A stretch of 64,000 nt of DNA. It comes from Escherichia coli. GTDB taxonomy: Bacteria > Pseudomonadota > Gammaproteobacteria > Enterobacterales > Enterobacteriaceae. Where the stretch lies: NCBI RefSeq assembly GCF_017348835.2, contig NZ_CP071375.1; one strand, written 5' to 3'. Both the position numbers and the translations under genes were made by a program. How positions within the stretch are numbered: position 1 is the first letter of the stretch; each line of letters begins with the position of its first letter. This document shows, piece by piece, positions 1 through 11,762 of this stretch. The notes under the pieces were generated by a model. The model saw nothing but the letters and a program-made list of their open reading frames with translations, was not told where the DNA came from and did no database searches.

Positions 1-30
1 GGCTTGTTCAGCGGTCAGTACGGCAGACAT
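1..30 (-). CDS. yigI: First 10 codons of yigI-like thioesterase gene, cut by window edge
   Basis: Minus strand reads ATG TCT GCC GTA CTG ACC GCT GAA CAA GCC (MSAVLTAEQA) from position 30 downward; matches remembered YigI N-terminus and K-12 synteny (divergent from pldA). Confidence 0.4.
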   Translation of the reverse strand, partial: MSAVLTAEQA

Positions 31-194
31 ATCATCCTTACACTTCATTGGTTAATGAAATGTTGATTTTATGCTTCTTTGTTGTTGGTTTCTACTTTAG
101 GAAGGGATAACTAACGGCAATGGAGTTAAGTATGTAAAATAGCCCGCAGAAAAACATTCACCTTATCAATAATTCGTTACGGAGAACACGACCG

Positions 195-1064
195 ATGCGG
201 ACTCTGCAGGGCTGGTTGTTGCCGGTGTTTATGTTGCCTATGGCAGTATATGCACAAGAGGCAACGGTGAAAGAGGTGCATGACGCGCCAGCGGTGCGTG
301 GCAGTATTATCGCCAATATGCTGCAGGAGCATGACAATCCGTTCACGCTCTATCCTTATGACACCAACTACCTCATCTACACCCAAACCAGCGATCTGAA
401 CAAAGAAGCGATTGCCAGTTACGACTGGGCGGAAAATGCGCGTAAGGATGAAGTAAAGTTTCAGTTGAGCCTGGCATTTCCACTGTGGCGTGGGATTTTA
501 GGCCCGAACTCGGTGTTGGGTGCGTCTTATACGCAAAAATCCTGGTGGCAACTGTCCAATAGCGAAGAGTCTTCACCGTTTCGTGAAACCAACTACGAAC
601 CGCAATTGTTCCTCGGTTTTGCCACCGATTACCGTTTTGCAGGTTGGACGCTGCGCGATGTGGAGATGGGGTATAACCACGACTCTAACGGGCGTTCAGA
701 CCCGACCTCCCGCAGCTGGAACCGCCTTTATACTCGCCTGATGGCAGAAAACGGTAACTGGCTGGTAGAAGTGAAGCCGTGGTATGTGGTGGGTAATACT
801 GACGATAACCCGGATATCACCAAATATATGGGTTACTACCAGCTTAAAATCGGCTATCACCTCGGTGATGCGGTGCTCAGTGCGAAAGGACAGTACAACT
901 GGAACACCGGCTACGGCGGCGCGGAGTTAGGCTTAAGTTACCCGATCACCAAACATGTGCGCCTTTATACTCAGGTTTACAGCGGCTATGGCGAATCGCT
1001 CATCGACTATAACTTCAACCAGACCCGTGTCGGTGTGGGGGTTATGCTAAACGATTTGTTTTGA
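195..1064 (+). CDS. pldA: Outer membrane phospholipase A (OMPLA)
   Basis: 289-aa ORF with signal peptide; sequence recognised as E. coli PldA; synteny with recQ. Confidence 0.95.
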   Translation: MRTLQGWLLPVFMLPMAVYAQEATVKEVHDAPAVRGSIIANMLQEHDNPFTLYPYDTNYLIYTQTSDLNKEAIASYDWAENARKDEVKFQLSLAFPLWRGILGPNSVLGASYTQKSWWQLSNSEESSPFRETNYEPQLFLGFATDYRFAGWTLRDVEMGYNHDSNGRSDPTSRSWNRLYTRLMAENGNWLVEVKPWYVVGNTDDNPDITKYMGYYQLKIGYHLGDAVLSAKGQYNWNTGYGGAELGLSYPITKHVRLYTQVYSGYGESLIDYNFNQTRVGVGVMLNDLF

Positions 1065-1147
1065 TGAACGGTTGAGTGGTTGGCAAATCTGGAATCCAGC
1101 ATCCAGGATTACCCTCTCAGAGACTAAAAGCATTGCAGTTTCTCGCG

Positions 1148-1178
1148 CAGGCGCTGAAAATAGCGCCTGTTTTTATTT
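1148..1178 (+). terminator. Rho-independent terminator downstream of pldA
   Basis: GC stem CAGGCGCT / AGCGCCTG followed by T-run TTTTTATTT. Confidence 0.55.
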
Positions 1179-1196
1179 CAGGCAATCGGGGTGAAT

Positions 1197-3026
1197 GTGG
1201 CGCAGGCGGAAGTGTTGAATCTGGAGTCCGGAGCTAAACAGGTTTTACAAGAAACCTTTGGCTACCAACAGTTTCGCCCCGGCCAGGAAGAAATTATCGA
1301 CACTGTGCTTTCCGGTCGCGATTGCCTGGTCGTCATGCCCACCGGTGGCGGAAAATCCCTTTGCTATCAAATTCCTGCCTTATTGCTAAACGGCCTTACC
1401 GTGGTTGTTTCACCGCTGATTTCGTTGATGAAAGATCAGGTGGATCAACTGCAAGCCAACGGCGTGGCGGCGGCGTGCCTTAACTCGACGCAAACCCGCG
1501 AACAGCAACTTGAAGTGATGACAGGCTGCCGCACCGGGCAAATTCGTCTGCTTTATATCGCCCCGGAACGCCTGATGCTGGATAACTTTCTTGAGCATCT
1601 GGCGCACTGGAATCCGGTGTTATTAGCCGTTGATGAAGCGCACTGTATCTCCCAATGGGGCCACGATTTCCGCCCGGAATATGCCGCGCTCGGTCAGTTG
1701 CGCCAGCGGTTCCCGACGCTGCCGTTTATGGCGCTGACCGCCACAGCCGACGACACCACGCGCCAGGATATCGTGCGCCTGCTGGGGCTGAACGATCCGC
1801 TGATTCAAATCAGCAGTTTTGACCGTCCGAATATTCGCTACATGCTGATGGAGAAATTCAAACCGCTCGATCAGTTGATGCGCTACGTGCAGGAACAGCG
1901 CGGTAAGTCCGGCATTATCTACTGCAACAGCCGGGCGAAAGTAGAAGACACCGCTGCGCGCCTGCAAAGCAAGGGTATTAGCGCGGCGGCCTATCATGCC
2001 GGGCTGGAAAATAATGTCCGCGCCGACGTGCAGGAGAAATTCCAGCGCGATGACCTGCAAATTGTGGTGGCGACGGTGGCGTTCGGCATGGGCATCAATA
2101 AACCAAACGTTCGCTTCGTGGTCCACTTTGATATTCCGCGCAATATCGAATCCTATTATCAGGAAACCGGTCGCGCCGGGCGTGATGGCCTGCCTGCGGA
2201 AGCGATGCTGTTTTACGATCCGGCTGATATGGCGTGGCTGCGCCGTTGTCTGGAAGAGAAGCCGCAGGGGCAGTTGCAGGATATCGAGCGCCACAAACTC
2301 AATGCGATGGGCGCGTTTGCCGAAGCGCAAACTTGCCGTCGTCTGGTATTGCTGAACTATTTTGGCGAAGGGCGTCAGGAGCCGTGCGGGAACTGCGATA
2401 TCTGCCTCGATCCGCCGAAACAGTACGACGGTTCAACCGATGCTCAGATTGCCCTTTCCACCATTGGTCGTGTGAATCAGCGGTTTGGGATGGGTTATGT
2501 GGTGGAAGTGATTCGTGGTGCTAATAACCAGCGTATCCGCGACTATGGTCATGACAAACTGAAAGTCTATGGCATGGGCCGTGATAAAAGCCATGAACAT
2601 TGGGTGAGCGTGATCCGCCAGCTGATTCACCTCGGCCTGGTGACGCAAAATATTGCCCAGCATTCTGCCCTACAACTGACAGAGGCTGCGCGCCCGGTGC
2701 TGCGCGGCGAATCCTCTTTGCAACTTGCCGTGCCGCGTATCGTGGCGCTCAAACCGAAAGCGATGCAGAAATCGTTCGGCGGCAACTATGATCGCAAACT
2801 GTTCGCCAAATTACGCAAACTGCGTAAATCGATTGCCGATGAAAGTAATGTCCCGCCGTACGTGGTGTTTAACGACGCAACCTTGATTGAGATGGCTGAA
2901 CAGATGCCGATCACCGCCAGCGAAATGCTCAGCGTTAACGGCGTTGGGATGCGCAAGCTGGAACGCTTTGGTAAACCGTTTATGGCGCTGATTCGTGCGC
3001 ATGTCGATGGCGACGACGAAGAGTAG
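1197..3026 (+). CDS. recQ: ATP-dependent DNA helicase RecQ
   Basis: ORF track 1191..3026 (611 aa, GTG); DEAH helicase motifs (PTGGGKS, DEAH), zinc-binding CxxC region, HRDC C-terminus; annotated start likely second GTG at 1197 (MAQAEV..., 609 aa). Confidence 0.95.
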
Positions 3027-3089
3027 TCAGCAGCATAAAAAAGTGCCAGGATGAAGACTCCGTAAACGTTTCCCCCGCGAGTCAAATGT

Positions 3090-3710
3090 ATGTTGATGTT
3101 ATTTCTCACCGTCGCCATGGTGCACATTGTGGCGCTTATGAGTCCCGGTCCCGATTTCTTTTTTGTCTCTCAGACCGCTGTCAGTCGTTCCCGTAAAGAA
3201 GCGATGATGGGCGTGCTGGGTATTACCTGCGGCGTTATGGTTTGGGCAGGGATTGCGTTGCTTGGCCTGCATTTGATTATCGAAAAAATGGCCTGGCTGC
3301 ATACGCTGATTATGGTTGGCGGTGGCCTGTATCTCTGCTGGATGGGTTACCAGATGCTGCGCGGCGCGCTGAAAAAAGAGGCGGTTTCTGCACCTGCGCC
3401 ACAGGTCGAGCTGGCGAAAAGTGGGCGCAGTTTCCTGAAAGGTTTACTGACCAATCTCGCTAATCCGAAAGCGATTATCTACTTTGGCTCGGTATTCTCA
3501 TTGTTTGTCGGTGATAACGTTGGCACTACCGCGCGCTGGGGCATTTTTGCGCTGATCATTGTCGAAACACTGGCGTGGTTTACCGTCGTTGCCAGCCTGT
3601 TTGCCCTGCCGCAAATGCGCCGTGGTTATCAACGTCTGGCGAAGTGGATTGATGGTTTTGCCGGGGCGTTATTTGCCGGATTTGGCATTCATTTGATTAT
3701 TTCGCGGTGA
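3090..3710 (+). CDS. rhtC: Threonine efflux protein RhtC (LysE/RhtB family)
   Basis: 206-aa membrane ORF, recognised as RhtC; synteny recQ-rhtC-rhtB. Confidence 0.92.
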   Translation: MLMLFLTVAMVHIVALMSPGPDFFFVSQTAVSRSRKEAMMGVLGITCGVMVWAGIALLGLHLIIEKMAWLHTLIMVGGGLYLCWMGYQMLRGALKKEAVSAPAPQVELAKSGRSFLKGLLTNLANPKAIIYFGSVFSLFVGDNVGTTARWGIFALIIVETLAWFTVVASLFALPQMRRGYQRLAKWIDGFAGALFAGFGIHLIISR

Positions 3711-3733
3711 TGCCAGACGCGTCTTCAGAGTAA

Positions 3734-3763
3734 GTCGGATAAGGCGTTTACGCCGCATCCGAC
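3734..3763. repeat. REP (repetitive extragenic palindromic) element
   Basis: GTCGGATAAGGCGTTTACGCCGCATCCGAC, canonical E. coli REP palindrome between convergent rhtC and rhtB. Confidence 0.6.
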
Positions 3764-3771
3764 ATTATTTT

Positions 3772-4392
3772 TCACGCATGCCTCGCCGATGCTAACAGCG
3801 CTCCCACCAGCATAAACAACGAGCCGAAAATCTTATTCAGCGCCTTCATCTGCTTTGGTCCTTTAATCCATAGAGCAATCCGTTGAGCAAGGGTGGCGTA
3901 ACCGATCATCACAATAATATCGACCACAATAGTGGTGACACCGAGCACGATATACTGCATCAGTTGCGGCTGTTGCGGCATGATGAATTGCGGAAATAGC
4001 GCCGCCAGAAACACAATACTTTTGGGATTGGTGAGATTCACAAAAACTGCGCGCTGGAACAAATGTCGACGCGATTGAGTAGAGGCCAGCGATTTAAGAT
4101 CAATTGCGCCAGCGGCGCGCCATTGCTGTATTCCCAGCCAAATCAAGTAAGCCGCGCCTGCCCACTTCAACACTTCAAACGCAATCACTGAGCGGGAAAA
4201 TAGCGTCCCCAACCCCACGCCAACCAGCACAATATGAATCGCCAGTCCGGTCTGAAGCCCAGCAATAGACGCCACCGCGCCGCGATAACCGTGGTTGAGC
4301 GAGGTGGTCATAGTGTTGATTGCACCAGAGCCTGGCGACAGGCTTAAAATGATTGATGTCAGTAGGTAGGCAAACCACCATTCTAAGGTCAT
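3772..4392 (-). CDS. rhtB: Homoserine/homoserine-lactone efflux protein RhtB
   Basis: 206-aa membrane ORF, LysE family, recognised as RhtB. Confidence 0.92.
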
Positions 4393-4502
4393 GATGAACT
4401 CCCGGTGTGTCTATTTTTGTGCCACAATACGCTACTGTCGCAGCGTTGTGTCAGGCACGCTAAAAAAAACGATTTTACGTGGTTTAAGAGGCAGATTACC
4501 CG

Positions 4503-5525
4503 ATGTTTCAGCAGCAAAAAGACTGGGAAACAAGAGAAAACGCGTTTGCTGCTTTTACCATGGGACCGCTGACTGATTTCTGGCGTCAGCGTGATGAAGC
4601 AGAGTTTACTGGTGTGGATGACATTCCGGTGCGCTTTGTCCGTTTTCGCGCACAGCACCATGACCGGGTGGTAGTCATCTGCCCGGGGCGTATTGAGAGC
4701 TACGTAAAATATGCGGAACTGGCCTACGATTTGTTCCATTTGGGGTTTGATGTCTTAATCATCGACCATCGCGGGCAGGGACGTTCCGGTCGCCTGTTAG
4801 CCGATCCGCATCTCGGGCATGTTAATCGCTTTAATGATTATGTTGATGATCTGGCGGCATTCTGGCAACAGGAGGTCCAGCCCGGTCCGTGGCGTAAACG
4901 CTATATACTGGCACATTCGATGGGCGGTGCGATCTCCACATTATTTCTGCAACGCCATCCAGGTGTATGTGACGCCATTGCGCTAACTGCGCCAATGTTT
5001 GGGATCGTGATTCGTATGCCGTCATTTATGGCACGGCAGATCCTCAACTGGGCCGAAGCGCATCCACGTTTCCGTGATGGCTATGCAATAGGCACCGGGC
5101 GCTGGCGCGCGTTGCCGTTTGCTATCAACGTACTGACCCACAGCAGACAGCGATATCGACGTAACTTACGCTTCTATGCTGATGACCCAACGATTCGCGT
5201 CGGTGGGCCGACCTACCATTGGGTACGCGAAAGTATTCTGGCTGGCGAACAGGTGTTAGCCGGTGCGGGTGATGACGCCACGCCAACGCTTCTCTTGCAG
5301 GCTGAAGAGGAACGCGTGGTGGATAACCGCATGCATGACCGTTTTTGTGAACTCCGCACCGCCGCGGGCCATCCTGTCGAAGGAGGACGGCCGTTGGTAA
5401 TTAAAGGTGCGTACCATGAGATCCTTTTTGAAAAGGACGCAATGCGCTCAGTCGCGCTCCACGCCATCGTTGATTTTTTCAACAGGCATAACTCACCCAG
5501 CGGAAACCGCTCTACAGAGGTTTAA
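4503..5525 (+). CDS. pldB: Lysophospholipase L2
   Basis: 340-aa ORF with alpha/beta-hydrolase GHSMGG nucleophile elbow; recognised as PldB. Confidence 0.93.
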   Translation: MFQQQKDWETRENAFAAFTMGPLTDFWRQRDEAEFTGVDDIPVRFVRFRAQHHDRVVVICPGRIESYVKYAELAYDLFHLGFDVLIIDHRGQGRSGRLLADPHLGHVNRFNDYVDDLAAFWQQEVQPGPWRKRYILAHSMGGAISTLFLQRHPGVCDAIALTAPMFGIVIRMPSFMARQILNWAEAHPRFRDGYAIGTGRWRALPFAINVLTHSRQRYRRNLRFYADDPTIRVGGPTYHWVRESILAGEQVLAGAGDDATPTLLLQAEEERVVDNRMHDRFCELRTAAGHPVEGGRPLVIKGAYHEILFEKDAMRSVALHAIVDFFNRHNSPSGNRSTEV

Positions 5526-5532
5526 ATTTCTT

Positions 5533-6333
5533 ATGTACCAGGTTGTTGCGTCTGATTTAGATGGCACGTTACTTTCTCCCGACCATACGTTATCCCCTTA
5601 CGCCAAAGAAACTCTGAAGCTGCTCACCGCGCGCGGCATCAACTTTGTGTTTGCGACCGGTCGTCACCACGTTGATGTGGGGCAAATTCGCGATAATCTG
5701 GAGATTAAGTCTTACATGATTACCTCCAATGGTGCGCGCGTTCACGATCTGGATGGTAATCTGATTTTTGCTCATAACCTGGATCGCGACATTGCCAGCG
5801 ATCTGTTTGGCGTAGTCAACGACAATCCGGACATCATTACTAACGTTTATCGCGACGACGAATGGTTTATGAATCGCCATCGCCCGGAAGAGATGCGCTT
5901 TTTTAAAGAAGCGGTGTTCAAATATGCGCTGTATGAGCCTGGATTACTGGAGCCGGAAGGCGTCAGCAAAGTGTTCTTCACCTGCGATTCCCATGAACAA
6001 CTGCTGCCGCTGGAGCAGGCGATTAACGCTCGTTGGGGCGATCGCGTCAACGTCAGTTTCTCTACCTTAACCTGTCTGGAAGTGATGGCGGGCGGCGTTT
6101 CAAAAGGCCATGCGCTGGAAGCGGTGGCGAAGAAACTGGGCTACAGCCTGAAGGATTGTATTGCGTTTGGTGACGGGATGAACGATGCCGAAATGCTGTC
6201 GATGGCGGGGAAAGGCTGCATTATGGGCAGTGCGCACCAGCGTCTGAAAGACCTTCATCCCGAGCTGGAAGTGATTGGTACTAATGCCGACGACGCGGTG
6301 CCGCATTATCTGCGTAAACTCTATTTATCGTAA
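5533..6333 (+). CDS. yigL: HAD-family sugar-phosphate / pyridoxal-phosphate phosphatase YigL
   Basis: ORF track 5407..6333 overlaps pldB; internal Met43 (MYQVVASDLDGTLL, HAD motif I DxDGT) gives 266 aa as in K-12. Confidence 0.9.
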   Translation: MYQVVASDLDGTLLSPDHTLSPYAKETLKLLTARGINFVFATGRHHVDVGQIRDNLEIKSYMITSNGARVHDLDGNLIFAHNLDRDIASDLFGVVNDNPDIITNVYRDDEWFMNRHRPEEMRFFKEAVFKYALYEPGLLEPEGVSKVFFTCDSHEQLLPLEQAINARWGDRVNVSFSTLTCLEVMAGGVSKGHALEAVAKKLGYSLKDCIAFGDGMNDAEMLSMAGKGCIMGSAHQRLKDLHPELEVIGTNADDAVPHYLRKLYLS

Positions 6334-6408
6334 TCGTTCTTTATTTGGTCAGTTGTCAACCTGATACTTCGCTACAATGGATACTCGTTAATCAAAGAGT
6401 TTTCCATT

Positions 6409-7308
6409 GTGGCGCTACTTATCATCACCACGATTCTGTGGGCCTTCTCCTTTAGCTTTTATGGCGAGTACCTTGCGGGGCACGTCGATAGCTATTTTGC
6501 GGTGCTGGTGCGCGTTGGCCTGGCGGCACTCGTTTTTCTGCCGTTTCTGCGTACCCGTGGCAATAGCCTGAAAACAGTCGGCCTGTATATGCTGGTGGGC
6601 GCGATGCAGCTCGGCGTGATGTATATGCTGAGTTTCCGCGCTTATCTCTACCTGACGGTTTCCGAACTGCTGCTGTTCACCGTACTGACGCCGCTCTACA
6701 TCACGCTGATTTATGACATCATGAGTAAGCGCCGTCTGCGCTGGGGATATGCTTTTAGTGCCTTGTTGGCGGTGATTGGTGCCGGGATTATTCGCTATGA
6801 TCAGGTCACCGACCATTTCTGGACTGGCTTGTTGCTGGTGCAACTCTCCAATATCACTTTTGCCATCGGCATGGTGGGTTACAAACGCCTGATGGAAACT
6901 CGCCCGATGCCGCAGCATAACGCCTTTGCGTGGTTCTATCTTGGCGCGTTCCTGGTGGCGGTAATTGCATGGTTCTTGCTGGGAAATGCGCAGAAAATGC
7001 CGCAAACCACGTTGCAATGGGGCATTCTGGTGTTTCTTGGCGTGGTGGCTTCCGGGATTGGCTACTTTATGTGGAACTACGGCGCAACCCAAGTAGACGC
7101 CGGAACGCTGGGCATTATGAATAATATGCACGTTCCGGCAGGGCTGCTGGTTAACCTTGCTATCTGGCACCAACAGCCGCACTGGCCAACGTTTATTACA
7201 GGCGCGCTGGTGATCCTGGCCTCACTGTGGGTGCATCGTAAGTGGGTCGCTCCGCGCTCTTCACAAACGGCAGATGATCGCAGGCGTGATTGCGCGCTGA
7301 GCGAATAA
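6409..7308 (+). CDS. yigM: EamA/DMT-family inner membrane transporter YigM (biotin transporter BioP)
   Basis: 299-aa polytopic ORF, GTG start; recognised as YigM; 3' end overlaps metR convergently. Confidence 0.85.
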   Translation: MALLIITTILWAFSFSFYGEYLAGHVDSYFAVLVRVGLAALVFLPFLRTRGNSLKTVGLYMLVGAMQLGVMYMLSFRAYLYLTVSELLLFTVLTPLYITLIYDIMSKRRLRWGYAFSALLAVIGAGIIRYDQVTDHFWTGLLLVQLSNITFAIGMVGYKRLMETRPMPQHNAFAWFYLGAFLVAVIAWFLLGNAQKMPQTTLQWGILVFLGVVASGIGYFMWNYGATQVDAGTLGIMNNMHVPAGLLVNLAIWHQQPHWPTFITGALVILASLWVHRKWVAPRSSQTADDRRRDCALSE

Positions 7309-8149
7309 ATGCTTCTGTAATCGGCTGACGCTGCTCGCCATCGCGCACGGCGGCGTACAGCCGGCTCCACAAGCCTTCGCCCAGGGTTTTGGTCACCACC
7401 AGATCCTGGCGCTCAAAACTCTCTACTACCCAATGTGGTAGCGCGGCAATACCCATCCGCGCGGCAACCATCTGAATCAACAATAAGGTGTTATCGACGC
7501 TTTTCAGTGACGGGCTGACGCCTGCCGGCTGAAGAAAATGCCGCCAGACATCCAGTCGACTACGCTGCACCGGATAAATTAATAGCGTCTCGCAGGCGAG
7601 ATCTTCCGGTGTAATACGCGTTTTTGCCGCCAGTGGATGGTCAGGTGCTAACACCAGGCGTACTTCATAATCGAACATCGGCGAATAATGCAGGCCACTG
7701 CGCGGCAGGATATCGGAGGTCATCACCAGATCCAGCTCGCCCTGTTGCAACGCGGGCTGCGGGTCAAACGTCACGCCCGATTTAAAATCCATCTCTACCT
7801 GCGGCCAGTTCTTATGGAAATTTTCTAACGCGGGTGTCAGCCACTGAATACAGCTATGGCACTCAATGGCAATGCGCAGACGCGTCTGCTGCGGTTCATT
7901 GCAGGCTTGCAGTGCCTGGCTAATTTGTGGCAGCACCTGGTTTGCCAGTTGCAACAGGATTTCTCCCTGCGGTGTAAAGCGAAGCGGCTGGCTCTTACGC
8001 ACAAATAGCCGGAAGCCAAGGCGTTGTTCCAGATCGCTAAACTGGTGAGACAGGGCGGATTGCGTCTGATGCAACGTCGCCGCAGCGGCTGCGAGAGAGC
8101 CGCAGTTCCGCAACGCTTGTAGCGTTTTCAGGTGTTTTACTTCGATCAT
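7196..8149 (-). CDS. metR: LysR-type transcriptional activator MetR
   Basis: 317-aa ORF with N-terminal HTH; recognised as MetR; divergent from metE. Confidence 0.95.
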   Translation of the reverse strand: MIEVKHLKTLQALRNCGSLAAAAATLHQTQSALSHQFSDLEQRLGFRLFVRKSQPLRFTPQGEILLQLANQVLPQISQALQACNEPQQTRLRIAIECHSCIQWLTPALENFHKNWPQVEMDFKSGVTFDPQPALQQGELDLVMTSDILPRSGLHYSPMFDYEVRLVLAPDHPLAAKTRITPEDLACETLLIYPVQRSRLDVWRHFLQPAGVSPSLKSVDNTLLLIQMVAARMGIAALPHWVVESFERQDLVVTKTLGEGLWSRLYAAVRDGEQRQPITEAFIRSARNHACDHLPFVKSAERPTYDAPTVRPGSPARL

Positions 8150-8384
8150 GAAAGTCCTTCACTTCGGCATGAATAATTTGCGCTTGAGGAATATACAGTA
8201 ACCGCCAATTATGGATGTGTAAACATCTGGACGGCTAAAATCCTTCGTCTTTTAAATTTATGGTGCGTTGGCTGCGTTTCTCCACCCCGGTCACTTACTT
8301 CAGTAAGCTCCCGGGGATGAATAAACTTGCCGCCTTCCCTAAATTCAAAATCCATAGGATTTACATATAATTAGAGGAAGAAAA
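8150..8384. promoter_or_regulatory. metR-metE divergent control region (promoters, MetJ met-box repeats, MetR site)
   Basis: Intergenic 235 bp; tandem met-box-like octamers AAACATCT GGACGGCT AAAATCCT TCGTCTTT at about 8221-8252; TATAAT-like hexamer and GAGGA RBS before metE ATG. Confidence 0.5.
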
Positions 8385-10646
8385 ATGACAATATTGAATC
8401 ACACCCTCGGTTTCCCTCGCGTTGGCCTGCGTCGCGAGCTGAAAAAAGCGCAAGAGAGTTATTGGGCGGGGAACTCCACGCGTGAAGAACTGCTGGCGGT
8501 AGGGCGTGAATTGCGTGCTCGTCACTGGGATCAACAAAAGCAAGCGGGTATCGACCTGCTGCCGGTGGGCGATTTTGCCTGGTACGATCATGTACTGACC
8601 ACCAGTCTGCTGCTGGGTAACGTTCCGGCGCGTCATCAGAACAAAGACGGTTCGGTAGATATCGACACCCTGTTCCGTATTGGTCGTGGACGTGCGCCGA
8701 CTGGCGAACCTGCGGCGGCAGCGGAAATGACCAAATGGTTTAACACCAACTATCACTACATGGTGCCGGAATTCGTTAAAGGCCAACAGTTCAAACTGAC
8801 CTGGACGCAGCTGCTGGAGGAAGTGGACGAGGCGCTGGCGCTGGGCCACAACGTTAAGCCTGTGCTGCTGGGGCCGGTTACCTGGCTGTGGCTGGGGAAA
8901 GTGAAAGGTGAACAGTTTGACCGCCTTAGCCTGCTGAACGACATTCTGCCGGTTTATCAGCAAGTGCTGGCAGAACTGGCGAAACGCGGCATCGAGTGGG
9001 TACAGATTGATGAACCCGCGCTGGTACTGGAACTACCACAGGCGTGGCTGGACGCATACAAACCCGCTTACGACGCGCTCCAGGGACAGGTGAAACTGCT
9101 GCTGACCACCTATTTTGAAGGCGTAACGCCAAATCTCGACACGATTACTGCGCTGCCTGTTCAGGGGCTGCATGTGGACCTTGTACATGGTAAAGATGAC
9201 GTTGTTGAACTGCACAAGCGCCTGCCTTCTGACTGGCTGCTGTCTGCGGGTCTGATCAATGGTCGTAACGTCTGGCGCGCCGATCTTACTGAGAAATATG
9301 CGCAAATTAAGGACATTGTCGGCAAACGTGATTTGTGGGTGGCATCTTCCTGCTCGTTGCTGCACAGCCCCATCGACCTGAGCGTGGAAACGCGTCTTGA
9401 TGCAGAAGTGAAAAGCTGGTTTGCCTTCGCCCTGCAAAAATGTCATGAACTGGCACTACTGCGAGATGCGCTGAACAGTGGTGATACGGCAGCTCTGGCA
9501 GAGTGGAGCGCTCCAATTCAGGCGCGTCGTCACTCTACTCGTGTACATAACCCGGCAGTAGAAAAGCGTCTGGCGGCGATCACCGCCCAGGACAGCCAGC
9601 GTGCGAATGTCTATGAAGTGCGTGCCGAAGCCCAGCGTGCGCGTTTTAAACTGCCAGCGTGGCCGACCACCACGATTGGTTCCTTCCCGCAAACCACGGA
9701 AATTCGTACCCTGCGTCTGGATTTCAAAAAGGGTAATCTCGACGCCAACAACTACCGCACGGGCATTGCGGAACATATCAAGCAGGCCATTGTTGAACAG
9801 GAACGTTTAGGTCTGGATGTGCTGGTACATGGCGAGGCCGAGCGTAATGACATGGTGGAATACTTTGGCGAGCACCTCGACGGGTTTGTCTTTACGCAAA
9901 ACGGTTGGGTACAGAGCTACGGTTCCCGCTGCGTGAAGCCACCGATTGTTATTGGTGACGTTAGTCGCCCGGCACCGATTACCGTGGAGTGGGCGAAGTA
10001 TGCGCAATCTCTGACTGATAAACCGGTGAAAGGGATGCTGACTGGCCCGGTGACCATTCTCTGCTGGTCGTTCCCGCGTGAAGATGTCAGCCGTGAAACC
10101 ATCGCCAAACAAATTGCGCTGGCGCTGCGTGATGAAGTGGCGGACCTGGAAGCCGCAGGAATTGGCATCATCCAGATTGATGAACCGGCGCTGCGCGAAG
10201 GTTTACCGCTGCGTCGTAGCGACTGGGATGCATATCTCCAGTGGGGCGTGGAGGCCTTCCGTATCAACGCCGCCGTGGCGAAAGATGACACACAAATCCA
10301 CACTCACATGTGTTATTGCGAGTTCAACGACATCATGGATTCGATTGCGGCACTGGATGCAGACGTCATCACCATCGAAACCTCGCGTTCCGACATGGAG
10401 TTGCTGGAGTCGTTTGAAGAGTTTGATTATCCGAATGAAATCGGTCCAGGCGTCTATGACATTCACTCGCCAAACGTACCGAGCGTAGAATGGATTGAAG
10501 CCTTGCTGAAGAAAGCAGCAAAACGAATTCCGGCAGAGCGCCTGTGGGTTAACCCGGACTGTGGCCTGAAAACGCGCGGCTGGCCAGAAACCCGCGCCGC
10601 GCTGGCGAACATGGTACAGGCGGCGCAGAATTTGCGTCGGGGGTAA
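8385..10646 (+). CDS. metE: Cobalamin-independent methionine synthase
   Basis: 753-aa ORF recognised as MetE; adjacent divergent metR. Confidence 0.97.
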   Translation: MTILNHTLGFPRVGLRRELKKAQESYWAGNSTREELLAVGRELRARHWDQQKQAGIDLLPVGDFAWYDHVLTTSLLLGNVPARHQNKDGSVDIDTLFRIGRGRAPTGEPAAAAEMTKWFNTNYHYMVPEFVKGQQFKLTWTQLLEEVDEALALGHNVKPVLLGPVTWLWLGKVKGEQFDRLSLLNDILPVYQQVLAELAKRGIEWVQIDEPALVLELPQAWLDAYKPAYDALQGQVKLLLTTYFEGVTPNLDTITALPVQGLHVDLVHGKDDVVELHKRLPSDWLLSAGLINGRNVWRADLTEKYAQIKDIVGKRDLWVASSCSLLHSPIDLSVETRLDAEVKSWFAFALQKCHELALLRDALNSGDTAALAEWSAPIQARRHSTRVHNPAVEKRLAAITAQDSQRANVYEVRAEAQRARFKLPAWPTTTIGSFPQTTEIRTLRLDFKKGNLDANNYRTGIAEHIKQAIVEQERLGLDVLVHGEAERNDMVEYFGEHLDGFVFTQNGWVQSYGSRCVKPPIVIGDVSRPAPITVEWAKYAQSLTDKPVKGMLTGPVTILCWSFPREDVSRETIAKQIALALRDEVADLEAAGIGIIQIDEPALREGLPLRRSDWDAYLQWGVEAFRINAAVAKDDTQIHTHMCYCEFNDIMDSIAALDADVITIETSRSDMELLESFEEFDYPNEIGPGVYDIHSPNVPSVEWIEALLKKAAKRIPAERLWVNPDCGLKTRGWPETRAALANMVQAAQNLRRG

Positions 10647-10651
10647 AATCC

Positions 10652-10683
10652 AAACCGGGTGGTAATACCACCCGGTCTTTTCT
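10652..10683. terminator. Bidirectional rho-independent terminator between metE and ysgA
   Basis: Perfect stem ACCGGGTGG / CCACCCGGT flanked by A-run upstream and T-run downstream. Confidence 0.65.
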
Positions 10684-10685
10684 CA

Positions 10686-11501
10686 TTACAGCGACTTCTT
10701 CCCACCATACTGCTTAAACCATTCCAGCATACGCTGCCAGCCATCTTCTGCAGATGCGGCATGATAGCTCGGGCGATAATCAGCGTTGAATGCATGCCCG
10801 GCGTCCGGGTACACGATAATCTCTGCTTTCGCATTAGCAGCCCGCAGCGCCTGGCGCATGGTTTCAACGCTCTCCTGCGGAATGCTGTTATCCTGACCAC
10901 CATATAAGCCGAGAACCGGCGCGTTAAGATCGGTTGCGATATCAACAGGTTGTTTCGGTGAATTCAGCGACTTGTCGCCCGTCAGTTTGCCGTACCACGC
11001 CACTGCGGCTTTTAGCTGTGGATTATGCGCGGCATACAGCCAGGTGATACGTCCACCCCAGCAGAATCCGGTGATCATTAAACGATGAACATCGCCGCCG
11101 TTGCGGGAAGCCCAACTGGCGACATGATCGAGATCGGCCAGCACCTGCGAGTCAGGCACTTTTGCTACCAGACCGCTAAGCAACGTGGGGATATCGGCAA
11201 AATCATTCGGATCGCCTTCGCGGAAGTAAAGTTCAGGTGCGATAGCCAGATACCCCTCCAGCGCCAGACGGCGACAAATGTCGCGGATATGTTCATGCAC
11301 GCCAAAAATTTCCTGCACTACAATGACCACTGGCAGTGGGCCATCGCTTTGCTTTGGTCTGGCATGGTAAGCAGGCATGTTATCCCCTTGTGAAGGGATA
11401 GAGGTGAAGCCCGCCACAATCGCGTCGTCCGGGGTCTGAACGATGGTCGAAGCGAGAGGCGATGCAGCAGGTGCAAATCCAGATTGTTGTGTTGTTGCCA
11501 T
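10686..11501 (-). CDS. ysgA: Dienelactone hydrolase family protein
   Basis: ORF track 10686..11567; start chosen at Met23 (MATTQQ, preceded by GGAG RBS) giving 271 aa; alpha/beta hydrolase. Confidence 0.85.
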   Translation of the reverse strand: MATTQQSGFAPAASPLASTIVQTPDDAIVAGFTSIPSQGDNMPAYHARPKQSDGPLPVVIVVQEIFGVHEHIRDICRRLALEGYLAIAPELYFREGDPNDFADIPTLLSGLVAKVPDSQVLADLDHVASWASRNGGDVHRLMITGFCWGGRITWLYAAHNPQLKAAVAWYGKLTGDKSLNSPKQPVDIATDLNAPVLGLYGGQDNSIPQESVETMRQALRAANAKAEIIVYPDAGHAFNADYRPSYHAASAEDGWQRMLEWFKQYGGKKSL

Positions 11502-11762
11502 GGTATTCTCCGTACCCTTATAAAAATGTTGCGCAATGTTAACTATAGTCAGCATGCAACAAATCACATTGCCTGAATCGGCTCATCTTTTATGCAGTCC
11601 TGCAGAATGAAGAGTGATTTATGTGATTTGCATCACTTTTGGTGGGTAAATTTATGCAACGCATTTGCGTCATGGTGATGAGTATCACGAAAAAATGTTA
11701 AACCCTTCGGTAAAGTGTCTTTTTGCTTCTTCTGACTAAACCGATTCACAGAGGAGTTGTAT

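Noticed and set aside
1623-2330. 235-aa ORF antisense to recQ, plus similar antisense ORFs in ubiB (15831-16457), hemN (47481-48065), yigM (6415-7182), glnG/glnL and polA
   Set aside because: All are contained within well-supported genes on the opposite strand and lack translation signals; treated as non-coding.
5407-5532. N-terminal extensions proposed by the ORF track (yigL from 5407, and likewise fadB to 26240, glnG to 50261, ysgA to 11567, ompL to 59172, yihF from 39121, yihI from 46249, tatA from 17235, fre from 21826)
   Set aside because: The extended starts overlap upstream genes or lack an RBS; internal ATGs with Shine-Dalgarno sequences give the known protein lengths.
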